From: Lama glama
Lineage: Eukaryota
NCBI GenBank assembly: GCA_028534125.1
Contig: CM052816.1
Span: 85,004,001 to 85,068,000 of the forward strand
Length of the DNA: 64,000 bases
Reading direction: 5' to 3'
Shown here: positions 41,870-54,788 of the stretch, one piece after another
How positions within the stretch are numbered: position 1 is the stretch's first letter
How the letters are laid out: every line of letters begins with the position of its first letter
Notes under the pieces: generated by a model
What the model saw: only the letters and a program-made list of their open reading frames with translations
What the model was told of the DNA's origin: nothing
The model's database searches: none
Translations under genes and position numbers: made by a program

Positions 41870-42413
41870 TTTTTAAAATTTTATTTTTCATTGAAGAATA
41901 GTTGATTTACAATGTTTCAGGTGTATAGCAAAGTGATTCAGTTATACACACATATATATATTCATGTATTCTTTTTCAGATTCTTTTCTATCATAAGCTA
42001 TTATAAGATATTAATATAATTCCTTGTGCTATATCATGTTATTGTAAGATATTAATATAATTCTATCATAAGTTATTATAAGATATTAATATAATTCCTT
42101 GTACTATACAGTAGTTCCTTGTTGTTTATCCATTTTGTATGTAGTAGTGTGTATCTGTTAATCCCAAATTCCAAATTTATCCCTCCCTCACATTTCCCCT
42201 TTGGTAATCATAAGTTTGTTTTCTATGTCTGTGAATCTATTTCTGGTTTGTAAATAAGTTCATTTGTATCTTTTCTTTTAGATTCCACATATAAATGAGA
42301 TCATATATTTGTCCTTGTCTGACTCACTTCACTTAGCATGATGATCCCTACATCCATCCATGTTGCTGCTAATGGCATTATTCCATTATGTTTTATGGCA
42401 GAGTAATAGTCAT

Positions 42414-42478
<65 letters not shown>

Positions 42479-42657
42479 ATTATATATATTTTTCATCCAG
42501 TCATCTGTCCATGGACATTGAAGTTGCTTCCATGTCTTGGCTATTGTAAATAGTATTGCTATGAACAATGGGGTGCATGTGTCTTTTCTAGTTAGAGTAT
42601 TCTCAGGATAAATGTCCAGGAGTGGGATTGCTGGATCATATGGTAAGTTTATTTTTA
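41870..42657 (-). mobile_element. 5'-truncated L1 3' end, cetartiodactyl type
   Basis: attgaagaatagttgatttacaatgtttcaggtgtatagcaaagtgattcagttatac...ttagattccacatataa...catgtcttggctattgtaaatagt...gggattgctggatcatatggta. Confidence 0.92.
42420..42478. repeat. (GT)n microsatellite within L1
   Basis: Directly visible, one interruption. Confidence 0.95.
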
Positions 42658-43567
42658 GGGGAAGAAAATGCTTTCTTAAAAGAAATGGATTTGTAAATGG
42701 ATTTTATAGAAATAAAAGGACAAGCACTTCAAAATTATTTAATGAATAAATGAATAATTTGCACGGTGTTACTAGCAAGTATCTTGATATTCCAGGTATT
42801 GTAACTTTTTTAGATTCTTATACAAGGAATTTAACATCAATGGATCTAAGTTGTTAAATGAACTGTAATGGTATTTTCTACAAATGAGAATTAAAAACAT
42901 AGAATATAAGCATTCTTGGTTCTATGTAGCCACTGCTATAGTCCAAATATTTTAAACACTAAATATGATACTTTTGCATGACATTGGTATACTTAATAAA
43001 AAGATAGCTTTACTATTTATCTAATAAGTAGGTGAATATCAAACATAATCAGGCATTTCTGAAATGTAAAGTTGATTGCTGGGTTTATAGTTAACCATGT
43101 TTTAATTTACATTTTATTTTTGGCACATATAACAGTCTATAATCTTGGATACTGCATACAGACTTTTGAATCTCTTTTTCCTCATTTATAATAGTATAAG
43201 ATGACATGGAAAATAGATATGAGAGAAGAGATTTGGGAGAGGAAAGGAAGGTATTTCAGAAATAAATGAGGGACCTAGAACTTAAACTTACACAAACATG
43301 AACCCATTGCTTTATAAAACTTGATCAATAATATATCTTTATCCTAGTTGATGAGGGGCCTCAAGGGAAAAATTCTATGATGGAAATCACCAGGTAAATT
43401 CATTTTAGCAGAGGATATAAATATGCTCTAAGATTGATATAATTTTTGATTGTAACCTGAGTCAAGTTTTGAAAAGCAGAATTAAAAGTCCTCCTAGAGG
43501 AACACACACTTTTCTTTAAATTGTGGGTGGTGGGCACACAAAAGGACTTTCAGGTAAGATAGAACAC

Positions 43568-44020
43568 ATGTTGTAGAGTACAAATATGGCCAAAAGTTAT
43601 TGATCTCTTCTCCTTTGGAAATAATCTTACTATACTAACTATGAGGATGGCCATGGGAAATACCATGGGCAATGGAAATGTAGAAAACGTAAGACAAGCA
43701 GGACTTAGAAAGGCATTTTCTCCTGCTGCACTTAGGACATTTTTACCATCATGTCATCCAGCCTAGGCATGTCTGTTTCGATTGATGATACCCTGTTGGT
43801 ATCAACAACCGTGATGGTTGTATTGTTGATGGTCAACTGAGCACCAATGTACAATTAAGCCTATCTAAATCACCAGAAAAACTTCTCAGCTAAGTCTAAG
43901 CCAAACTGGCAAGTCACAGAATCATGCACTAAATAAGTGGTTGTTGTTTAAAGACATTAGATCTGGGTCAAAAATTTTGGGGTCAAACAACTGTTATGTA
44001 TGAAAGCTAACTTATAGAAC
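43568..44020 (+). mobile_element. Old MaLR LTR (MLT1G/H-like)
   Basis: 3' end cagctaagtctaagccaaactggcaagtcacagaatcatg...aaataagtggttgttgtttaaag...agctaac. Confidence 0.65.
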
Positions 44021-45408
44021 ACAAAATAATAAAATGTGATGGGTTAATGAAAGAATTTAGATCAGGTCTATAATTAGACACTGACCTAAATAGGATAATA
44101 TTTGAAAATTAAGCTCTGTGATTTATAAATGAGATAAAGACTATTTTATTTCTAAATCTTTTATTGCCAATTTATGTCTTAGTAATTTGTGGTAGGATTC
44201 TTAAGTTAATTTAAGTCAAATTCATTTCTATTTGCTAATATACACACCCAAATAATATTTTCACTGACCTATTAAACTGAGTATATGAGTTAGGTGCTAA
44301 ATTTTCCTGGTTATTAATGATTACAAAAACTCACAAAATACTTTGGTGATTAAATATTGTAAATATTAATAATTTAATCTTATTTTTCATTTCATATAGA
44401 GAGCTTAATCCAAATACACACATTTTAAGTGAATATGCCTAAAATGTTAAACCAACCTATCCATGGAGACTTGGAACACAATTTTGGATATAGCTTTAAC
44501 ATTGAAATTGTGTTGATTAGACAAAGAATTATATTTAATCACAAAATATTTTGGCATGATAATTTACAATAAAGTAAATGACAAAGAATGATTTACATTA
44601 AAATTCTGGAAAATAAAAACTTAAATTGTTAATAGTATTTTTTAAGGATAACTAAATTAATTTAATCTTTTAAAGTATTTTTCTTGTGTTATTTAATTGA
44701 TACATCACTTAAAAATAAAATGTGTTCCATTTTCCTAAATAGTCCTCATGGACAACAGAGCTCAAATTTTAAAATGCCTTATAAAATTTGCATAAAGATA
44801 TATGCAAATACTTTCTTTCTCTGTATTCTGTATGAAGGCTCAAATTAAATTAAATTTCTGACTATGCTAGTAGTATACTTCAATTTGCAATTTGTCTCTC
44901 AGCTTTCTTTTTTCTTCTTTTTCTATTCACTTTTTTACTGCCTATCTTTTCCTTCTTTTCCTCTCTCTCTCTCTCGTCTTCTCTCTCTCCATCTACCCTT
45001 CTCCCTATCTCTTAGTTTAAACTAATAGTTTCTAGATAATATCTTTCCTTTATCTCCAGAGATGGATCATTAAATTATTTCTTTGAATTGCTATTTTCTA
45101 CCCTCAATATTAAATCAATGAAATCATCAGTGATTATTTTTTTTCCTAATCAACAGTGTAAGATTTTGAGTTCAAAGGAATATAATAGGTTGAACTTATA
45201 AATGAGACACCACCATTGTTTAGAGTAACCAGGCTCCATTCAAGTTGTAAGACATGTCTTAAGTTCTTCAAGATTCATCTGTAGTCTAAGCTCTTTGAGC
45301 ACAGGGTTACAGAGTATGAAAGGAAAATTCATTTCTGTAGTAAATAATTACAGGGTTAAAAATAAGAGGAAATAAAAGGAAGTGAGGCAGGAACTAAGCC
45401 TGAATAAC

Positions 45409-46045
45409 TTCACTGCTGCTTTATTCATAATAGCCAATATGGAAACAGTCTAAATGCATACTAACAGATAAATAATTAAGGACTATATAAGGGAAATATG
45501 CACACACGCAATGGAATATTATTCAGCCTTTAAAAAGAAGGAAACTCTGTCATTTGCAACAGCATGGATGGATCTGGAGGATATTATGCCAAATGAGATA
45601 GCCAGACTCAAAATAACAAATACTATATGATCTCACTTATATGTAGAATCTAAAATAGTAAAACTCATAGAAGCAACGTATAGAAGAATGGTTACTAGGG
45701 GCTGGGGAGAGGGGGATTTGGGGAGGTGATAGTCAATTAGTACAAAGTTACAGTTATAGATAAGTTAAGTCTGGAGATTTACTATAAATTATAGTAATAG
45801 TTATCACATACTTAAAATTTGCTAAGAGAGTAGATCTTATGTTAACTGTTCTAACTACAAACCATAATAATAATAGTACTAAAAGGGTAGAAGGAAATTT
45901 TGAGAGATGAGAGATATTCCTGTGACCTTCAAAGTAGTGATGGTTTTATAGATGTATACTTATTCTCAAATTCATTGAGTTGCATATATTAAATATGTAT
46001 AGCTTTTTACATGTAAATCCTATTACAATAAAGTGGTTTAAAAAT
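45409..46045 (+). mobile_element. L1 3' end (L1MA/L1MC-type)
   Basis: aatggaatattattcagcctttaaaaagaaggaaa...tgtcatttgcaacagcatggatgga...ttgctaagagagtagatctta...caataaagtggtttaaaaa. Confidence 0.9.
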
Positions 46046-46310
46046 TATAATTGTGATTGTTTTCAAACTATCCACCTATTAATGAATCTCACCATGTTAA
46101 AGATCATCAAACACACAGACACACTCAAATGGCTTTATAGCAGCTAGAAAATAAGTTATAGATTATATGCATCTATTTCAGTTTAAAATATTAAGAGACT
46201 TTGCCAGTACTTAGAGTGACAGAAAAGAGGATCAAAATGAATACACATAAGGATACATTTTTTGCATAAGAATAATAAATAGAAGGTAAACCTTAAAATT
46301 AGACCATTAG

Positions 46311-46902
46311 TGTGGGAGCCCATGATTGGGTTAACAAATTGTAACAGATCCACGCTGCTTATCTCCTTAAAGAAGATTGCTTAGTAACTGCCTTGAGGTT
46401 TTAACAATGACCCAGGCCCCCCGCTATAAACGCTGGGCGTGCCTGCTGTTAGTCTTCTATCCCCAAAACAGCCTTGGGCTGGAATGGTTAACAACTTACA
46501 AAAAGCTGCAGACTCAGAAGTGAGAAGGCTGGTTAGCCAATGATGGGTAAGATCCCCTGAGGGGCGCAACCTAAGACAGGCACAGCTGTCTGAGTCCAAG
46601 TTGTTAAACTGCTGATTCTCATACGTTCCGCCCTGATAAGCTGAAAGGGGCAACATGATTCACCAGAAAGGGTCTTCTGATCTTGAGCCAAACACCAACA
46701 ATAAACAAAGCCTTTGTACTCATTGTGATCCCACCCTGTCCTTCCCTAAATTTCGGCATTCCTCCTTTGACTGTACTCAGTAAATATGAGAGATTTGAGA
46801 GGCTCCTGGAGTTGGCTCCCGATTCCCACGTTCTCTTGACTTTTCCTCAGTCTTGAGTAATTCATTCCATCTCGGTGGGACTTCTGCCGGCCAGAACCCA
46901 CA
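46311..46902 (+). mobile_element. Solo ERV LTR, class II (betaretrovirus-like), 6-bp TSD
   Basis: Perfect inverted ends TGTGGG...CCCACA; CATTAG duplicated at 46305-46310 and 46903-46908; 592 bp; retains CpGs; orientation inferred from the CTE-like motif. Confidence 0.92.
46528..46586 (+). promoter_or_regulatory. CTE-like (NXF1/TAP-binding) RNA export element, single unit
   Basis: GCCAATGATGGGTAA...AACCTAAGACAGGC matches the conserved blocks of the MPMV/SRV CTE as I recall them (GCCAATGACGGGTAA...AACCTAAGACAGG); apical hairpin CCCC-TGA-GGGG; basal GCTG/CAGC pairing. Confidence 0.8.
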
Positions 46903-46959
46903 CATTAGAACATTTAGTGTAATAAAAATCAGTGACATAAACATAGAGAAAATAATAGG

Positions 46960-49350
46960 ACATATATTTATTGCAGAAATTAGAAGAACATGTTAGGAAA
47001 ATCTGCATTGCAAATTAAATACACTCTGAAAAATTAAAAAGCTGAACTATAAGAAAAATAAATTAATGAAAATAAAATAATAAAATTTCATGAAAATGAC
47101 CCTGACTAAATAAACTTAGTAATAAAATTTCCATAGAAAAATATGTAACAGAGAGAGATAAATAGTTAACCAATAGACCAAATGAGAGATATACTTTACA
47201 AATGCAAGGGAAAAAAATAAAGATGGTAAGAAACAATGACAGGTATGAATAATTCAAAGCAGACATAAATCTATGGATAACCAAAACCCCTGAAGTAAAA
47301 AAATGACAAAGTAGTACAAATATTGGTAAAATAAAACTCAATTCTTGAACTAAAAACTAATCAGAAAACATGTTTAGAGGATTCATGTTCTTGAGCTGAA
47401 GAGGGAATCAAAGACATATAGTGGACTTAAAAAAATTCAAGAGTTAAGGAAATGTCTAAGAACTTTAGCAACATATGGACTGAAATTTTATTAGTGGGAT
47501 CTGTGAGAGATCACACGCTGTTTAGTATATTGCCTTACAAATTCTGCAAACTATACATTACACTTTAAAAACTGAGCCATTTTCCATGTTCACTATTATC
47601 AAATAACTGTAGCCAAAAAATAATCCCAATGATAACTAGAAGAGCAAATGAAACCTGAACAACAACAACTACAACAACAAATGAAAACCTGCTGTTTGAA
47701 GATGTATCAGATCTGCTGGGGCAGCCGGGACTTGAAGGGCCAGATGCTTCATTTGTATTAGGTAAGCTCAATTTCCTACATTTGCTTTATTTTAACCTCA
47801 GTATTTGCTGATACGTGGCTTGGGGCAAAAGTTTAAGAAGCCTGACATAATAGCGTTAATAAATGAAGTGAAAGCAGTTCTTTTGATAATCTCACGGAAG
47901 TGTTGCCACAGAAATTGCATACCAGGGTTACAAAAGCAATCAGGAATTCTGGGAAAAAAAGGAGCTAAACAAATGTGAGCTTCACAGTCAGCTCTGATTT
48001 TCTTTTATAAGCTGTATTAGTGAATTTTTGTGGCAGCCACAGAGCACTGAGGCAATGTAAAATCTAAGTTCTACATCTGGCAAGTATAAACTGTAAGCAT
48101 CACACTTGGCTCTAAGTTGACAGAATGCTATATTTACAGACCAGGATAAAGCTGAAGCTGACTGAGGTGTACTTGGTCTACAATCTGCCTTGATTAGGTA
48201 CAGATCCGGATTAACCTGAAGCCATCTATGTCCAGGTGATTATCAGAAGATAAAGTGAATCCTTTACTAGGGAGGAGCAACATTCAGAACTTCCTCACTT
48301 TTTCAAATGAAATATCCAGCATTCACTAAAAACATTAACTAGCAGGTATCTTTGTTTAATAGCAACTCAGTAACTAATTAAAAATTTATAGAAGTGCAAG
48401 GGATCAAAATGTAGTTAGAAATGGTTTTTATTGTGGGACCTAAACTACAAAAATGCCAAGAGTTACCATTAGAGCTCAGTAAGTAAGACACTGTGCTATT
48501 GCTGTAAGAGAAGACTACGGACCAAAGGAATGGTATATTAAATTCAAAACAGACCTACACAAGGACACTTGATAAAAATGACTTTACAGGATAGTGAATA
48601 AAAGAAGATTTTTTAATAAATAATGCTGGGTCAAATAACCACAGAAAACACAGTTATACAATAAGTCCTCAAGAAGAATGGAAAACAGACTGAGAACATA
48701 GACACTACTCAGACCCAACAAAATGGCTTAATTGAAGAAGGAAACACTTAATAATCAGTACTGGTAAAAGTCTAAAGTAATTGGAACCCTCTTACATGGC
48801 TGGTGAGAGTATAAGTTGGGACAATTACTTTGGAAAAGTACTTGACAGTACTTTCAAAAACTGAACATAGGCATACCTCGTGATTCATCTACATACTTAC
48901 CCAAAAGAAATGTGTACAGTTTACTAACAAGATATGCACAAGCATGTTTATAGCAACATAATTCATAAGGGGAAAATGAAATCAGCTCAAATATTTATTA
49001 ATTATAGTGCATTAATATGGAATCCAATTATAAATTATAACTACATACAAGAGCTAGGTAAATCTAAAAAAAAAAAAAAAGAATTAGTGAAAGAAGTCAG
49101 GTACCAGACAGAAACAAACATAAAGTGTGATTCCATTTACACAAAGTTTGAAAATAGAAAAACTTAGTTAAGAAGTCAGATTGTTGGTTATTCTTCAATC
49201 TAATAATGATTACAGTGGGGCTCAAGGGAGGATTTGAATATTGGTAATGCTTTATATCTTGATTAAGATGCTGTGTTAGAGGTGAGTTCACTTTGAAACA
49301 ATATTATAGAGCTGGACGTTTAATATATGTTCAAAGTATTTTCCAAATTG
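46960..49350 (+). mobile_element. Ancient L1 (L1MD/ME-like) fragments ending in a 3' UTR
   Basis: A-rich strand; aattggaaccctcttacatggctggtgagagtataagttgggacaattactttggaaaa, acccaaaagaaatg, tgtgattccatttac, ttggtaatgctttatatcttgatt. The 5' boundary is uncertain. Confidence 0.65.
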
Positions 49351-49532
49351 AAAAAAAACACCTACCAAAATTACCAATATTTATTTTTTATAGTGATAGC
49401 TAAAGGATTCGTTTTAGTTTTTATCATTTATTTTCTTTTTGATTGTCTTTGGAGGTTTTCAAAATTTTAACCTGAAACTACTTTCAACATGAAACTTAGA
49501 TTCTACACTAAAAGAAAGAAAGATTTGCAAAA

Positions 49533-50032
49533 NNNNNNNNNNNNNNNNNNNNNNNNNNNNNNNNNNNNNNNNNNNNNNNNNNNNNNNNNNNNNNNNNNNN
49601 NNNNNNNNNNNNNNNNNNNNNNNNNNNNNNNNNNNNNNNNNNNNNNNNNNNNNNNNNNNNNNNNNNNNNNNNNNNNNNNNNNNNNNNNNNNNNNNNNNNN
49701 NNNNNNNNNNNNNNNNNNNNNNNNNNNNNNNNNNNNNNNNNNNNNNNNNNNNNNNNNNNNNNNNNNNNNNNNNNNNNNNNNNNNNNNNNNNNNNNNNNNN
49801 NNNNNNNNNNNNNNNNNNNNNNNNNNNNNNNNNNNNNNNNNNNNNNNNNNNNNNNNNNNNNNNNNNNNNNNNNNNNNNNNNNNNNNNNNNNNNNNNNNNN
49901 NNNNNNNNNNNNNNNNNNNNNNNNNNNNNNNNNNNNNNNNNNNNNNNNNNNNNNNNNNNNNNNNNNNNNNNNNNNNNNNNNNNNNNNNNNNNNNNNNNNN
50001 NNNNNNNNNNNNNNNNNNNNNNNNNNNNNNNN
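49533..50032. other. Assembly gap, exactly 500 N
   Basis: Run of N. Confidence 1.
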
Positions 50033-50327
50033 AACAAACAAACAAACAAACACAAAGCATAAATACAGGACAGAAATAGACTCATAGACATAGAATACAG
50101 ACTTGTGGTTGCCAGGGGGGCGGAGGGTGGGAAGGGATAGACTGGGATTTCAAAATTGTAGAATAGATAAACAAGATTATACTGTATAGCTCAGGGAATC
50201 ACAGAGGAAAAAATGTGATAATGAGTGTGTATATGTCCATGCATGACTGAAAAATTGTGCTGAACACTAGAATTTGACACAACATTGTAAAATGATTATA
50301 AATCAATAAAAAAAGTTTAAAAAAATA
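50033..50327 (+). mobile_element. Young L1 3' UTR with poly(A) signal and tail, camelid-type
   Basis: agactcatagacatagaatacagacttgtggttgccagggggg...gggatagactggga...gaaaaattgtgctgaacactagaatttgacacaacattgtaaaatgattataaatcAATAAAaaaa; emerges from the gap. Confidence 0.85.
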
Positions 50328-53300
50328 ACCCCCTCCCAATAAAAAAGAATGAAAGAAACCATAGCATTAGAAAGAAAAACTGGTGGAGGAGAGATAGAAG
50401 AATGGTATAGATGTCATAAAGTAAAGGGACATTCACTTCTATGGCCTCAATTTGATAAGTGGATATTCCCACATGTGAAATAAAGCTGGATATATCCCAA
50501 AATAATATTAGATAAATATGTATATATGCAGTTACTTTTAAAACTATTTTTCCTTGTTCTTGGGCTTACACGAAGTGCAGCCTAGAATTTTTTATAGTAT
50601 TGTCATCAGCAAAACACATGTGTTTTTTAAACTAAAGTATGAGATAATTGGCGAATTGAATCCAGACACAACTAAACATATCAGAAAATGTCATGTAAAT
50701 GTTCCAGGGTTCCAAGTTATTTTGTTGTTGTTGAATATAAATAAGAGATTTAAACACAATATGACTAAGATGATTGTGGGGAATAAATGTAACTAGTTAT
50801 TTGAAAGTATTAATGCTACAAAACATTTTTCTTCAGGTCAAAAATTAAAAACATATACAATTTGATATTAACTAATTTTCTGACTCTGGTTGATTTTCAG
50901 GAAAACTTTGAAGAACAATATTGGAAGATAAAAACCGGCCTAAACCTGTTACTTAGCCTAAGATTATACTTTAGATAAAATACTTTTAGGCCAGTAAATG
51001 ACATTAATTCACTTGTTATTCATTTAAATATGCTTATAGTCTTTTGAAAACATTGAGTTTATATGTGAAAAATTAAGGTAATCTTCCATGCCACTGCAAC
51101 ACATAAATTGTGTTCCACAATTCTGCCTGTCCTTTCTCTAGATACCAATGTCCTCTATCTGCCCTTTCGCTGTTACTTTGTGGAATATTTATTTTTGTTT
51201 CTATAAGTCCTTTAAATAAAAAGCCATTTAATCCAGTCATTTGAAACATAACATGTGCTTTTTCAGGGTTATCAAAATATCTTACTCTTCTTTTAAAGGA
51301 TCTTAACTATGCAATTCCAGTTTTGGGCTTTCTTCCAAACAAGACTAAAATAGAATTGCAGTTGCACAATAAACAAGAGTTGCTAATTGCCAATTTTGTA
51401 GAATTTCTTATAAAAAAGGAATGTCATTTCAAAATGTGTTTTGATGGAACTTTTTCCTCTCTATTCATCTTGTTTCTGATAACTCAGGACTATTTCTTTG
51501 CACTTGTGCATTTGAATTCTGCCTATGTTTTGAAAGACAAGTTTCTTTTGTTTAATTTTCTCTTCACTAAATGCATTTTCTGCCTTTCTATTCTAGAGTT
51601 AGAGCTGTAGTAATTTTCAAACTTTGTAATTTATCTTCACAACATTATGCTTACGTGTTCATCTTCAAGTAGAAACTAAGATTCTTAAAAATCATGGTTA
51701 CAGCAAATGACTTAAACAATGTAATCAATAGAGTTTACACTTACAGTCATTTACTAGTGTGTTGATGTTGCCCTCTGTTTTATTTACATCCACTCCTCTG
51801 GACTCCTATATGCTTGGTTTTGAGATTAAAAAGTCATATGTAAGAATGCCTAACTGCTAATGATTAATGTAAATCTCCAATTAGGAGATTTATCCAATTT
51901 ATTTTATCTAATTCTCCCATTATAAACTATGATTTCTATATTATAGCTTATTTCCCCACTATGATCCAAAGAAAAGTTTGGGAAAAATGGTAACATACAT
52001 GAAATTAATTATATATTAAAGGCATGGGAAGAAATGATTATTAATGAGATTATTTGAACATGACTATTATTTAGTTCAATTGATGTTTTCTTAAAAACAG
52101 TGCGAAATAACTTTGTACTTTATATGTAATAGTTGCTTAATATAAAATCTCCCAAACAAATTTCTGCCACCAGCTTTCCCAGGATACAGAATTCTTTACA
52201 GGTTTCTCAACTACCAAGCTGTCAACCTCTGAGTCAACTGAGAAAGTTTTTGTATATCATTCTTTCCCTAGAACCAGCCCCCTTTTCACTCATGTTTCAG
52301 ATCTAAGTTTATAAATTAATTTTAAAACTTATTGATCCCTTAACTAGGTAAAACTCTCTTGCTATGTTTCCATAACTCCCCTGTGTAGTAAGTAGAACAA
52401 ATCATGCTTGCAATAATAATTTTAGGATTGTGTGCCAATGGACTGCAATCTTCTTTATGTGGAATATTTATCTACATTTCCAGGGCTAGAAACTTTGTTG
52501 TTACATACACACATCCATCTATCTATCTATCTGTCTGTCTATCTATCTATCATCATAGTCATCATCATTATTAATGGATTATGGACAAATACAGATATTA
52601 CTAAATTTATTAAATGACAGACTGTGAGCTGTTGAGTGGTTGAGGGATTCTGGACAGCAAAACAAATGAGAGAATTTTCATGAACAGGAGTTTGTAACTC
52701 ACATCAGATTATGAATATCTAAAGGAACTAAACATTTTAAGAGGAGAAAAAAAATTTTGAGATTACTCAGACCAAAAATGGCTTGTGACATTTTTAGATA
52801 AACCAACATTTGGTTTAAGAGATGGATCTCCATACACAAACCTGCAAAAGGACCACCGCTAGCTATGTGGAAGCCAAGATCAACTTAATCAGCCCCAGGA
52901 GGCCATCAATGGAACTTGTTTTGTGACAGTTGCATGACCAGTACATATTTCCATTGCAATCCATAAAGGCAAGCCCAGAGACCAGCTTAGAATTTCAGTA
53001 AAGAGAGCATGTGGGAAGTTGGATTTTTATGTGCCAGTACCTCCTGCTGCCTGTAAGCAAAGTCTATGGCATAGCTCCTGATTGTGCAAAACCTAGCCAG
53101 TACTTCCACTCCAGAGGCGATTTTCCTGACACGTGCCACATGCTAATACGAAATGATGAAGCAAGGCAATGAAGATCAGGCTGACATAGATACAAATAAT
53201 TACAGTAAGATATAAAGAGTTAGACTTTTAACAAAATAGTGAAGAATTGTTTGAAAGATAAAATAGGTGGAAAGGAGAGCACAGTTTAACATAGCCCATG

Positions 53301-54373
53301 ACACAGGTGAAGTGTGAGAGAATGTACTCGGCTTCCAACTGAGAAGTTGGCCATGGAGACCATGTTCTCAGGGACCTGTCAGATTTCTGTTGCGGGAGGT
53401 GATAAGAGGGCTGTTCTGGGAACAGATGAGGATGTTTGGAGGGCCACTGCTCATGACAGTTTGTCAGTTAGAGACTGCACACAACAGAAGGAGTCAGGGA
53501 ATGGGAAACGGTACAGAATTAGGATACATTATTAAAGTGAGCAGAACAGAATCTAAGTGATGATAGACAACCTGGGGTGTTAGGAATTCTAGTGCTGCTG
53601 CAGCGACTGGATGCTTACAGATTTTAGAGAAGTAGTTTTGAAACTACAGAAATGACTCCAGGGATATATAAAAACTTTCCAAAAGGAACCTGGGTGTGGC
53701 AGTTTTAACAACTTTCAAGTATGCAGTCTTCTCTTAAAATCAGTCTGCGTGAGATTGCTCTTTTAGGAAGATGCATATTTCCCATTGCTACTTTTCCTTT
53801 CAAAGCTGTCATATGAAAAGCAAACTTTTAATCAATCCTTAATCTTATTACACAGTGTCCTGGGATTCAAACAAAACAAACAAAACCTTCCAAAACACCC
53901 TCTAGGACACCTAGCAAAATGACATTGAAATTGATATTGGTGTATAATATTAAATAATTATAAAGACCTCATAACAATGTCACTTAAAATCAGATTTCTA
54001 GTCTTTGTTTTCTACATATTTAAAGAGGGAATCAAAGTTATTATCAGCTAAGAGATCATTAAAATGTTGTAGATAAAAGTATACTACAATTTTTTGCTTA
54101 AAACTCACAAGTAACTCAAATGATATTCCTCATGTCCTTATTTATATTATTATCCTTTTAGATCTATAGAAACAGAAACAAATGGTGAAATAGAATTGAT
54201 GGTAAATACTGTCTTATAGCAACACATGAAATTTATTTAAGTAAATGTACATCAATTATGAGAAGTACAATTAACCTTAGCTCATTATGAGATTAATTTT
54301 AAAAGCCCTTTTATGTTCAATGGCTATTTATCCAATTTTGAAGTATATTTATCTTGCCTTAATCAATCATGTA

Positions 54374-54788
54374 CAAACATACCTCTGACATATTGCAGGT
54401 TTGGTTTTAAAACACTACAATAAAGCAAATATCACAATAAAGCAAGTCACACGAGTTTTTTGATTTCCCAGTGCATACAAAAGTAATATTTATACTATAC
54501 TGCAGTCTGCTAAGTGTGCAATAGTGTGTTGTCCAAACAAGAAATATACATACCTTAATTAAGAAATACTTCATTGCTAAAAAATGCTAACCATCATCTG
54601 AGTCATAGGAGTGACAACAAAGATCACTGATCACAAATCACCATAACAAACATAATAAAAATGGCACTGATAGACTTGTTGGATGCAAGATTGCCAAAAA
54701 TATTCAATTTGAAAACAAAAACAAAAACAAAAACTGCAGTATTTATAAAGTGCAATAAAGGGAAGAGCAATAAAATGAAGCTTGCTGG
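54374..54788 (+). mobile_element. Internally deleted Tigger1 DNA transposon
   Basis: TA-flanked; catacctctgacatattgcaggtttgg...caataaagcaaatatcacaataaagcaagtcacac...gatagacttgttggatgcaagattgcca...gcaataaaatga. Confidence 0.88.

Noticed and set aside
43785..43835. Adjacent small hairpins
   Set aside because: Stems of 5-6 bp within a decayed MLT1 LTR; no recognisable RNA family.
44900..45013. Long pyrimidine tract (H-DNA or splice acceptor)
   Set aside because: Ordinary low-complexity CT-rich sequence, with no clear mirror symmetry or downstream exon.
49459..50091. Long ORFs of 181-210 aa
   Set aside because: Artefacts of translating through the N gap.
51870..51892. 9-bp perfect inverted repeat TAAATCTCC/GGAGATTTA
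   Set aside because: Short and AT-rich; plausible by chance in 64 kb.
53152..53185. C/D snoRNA-like boxes (ATGATGA...CTGA)
   Set aside because: The boxes are only about 30 nt apart with no terminal stem; expected by chance.
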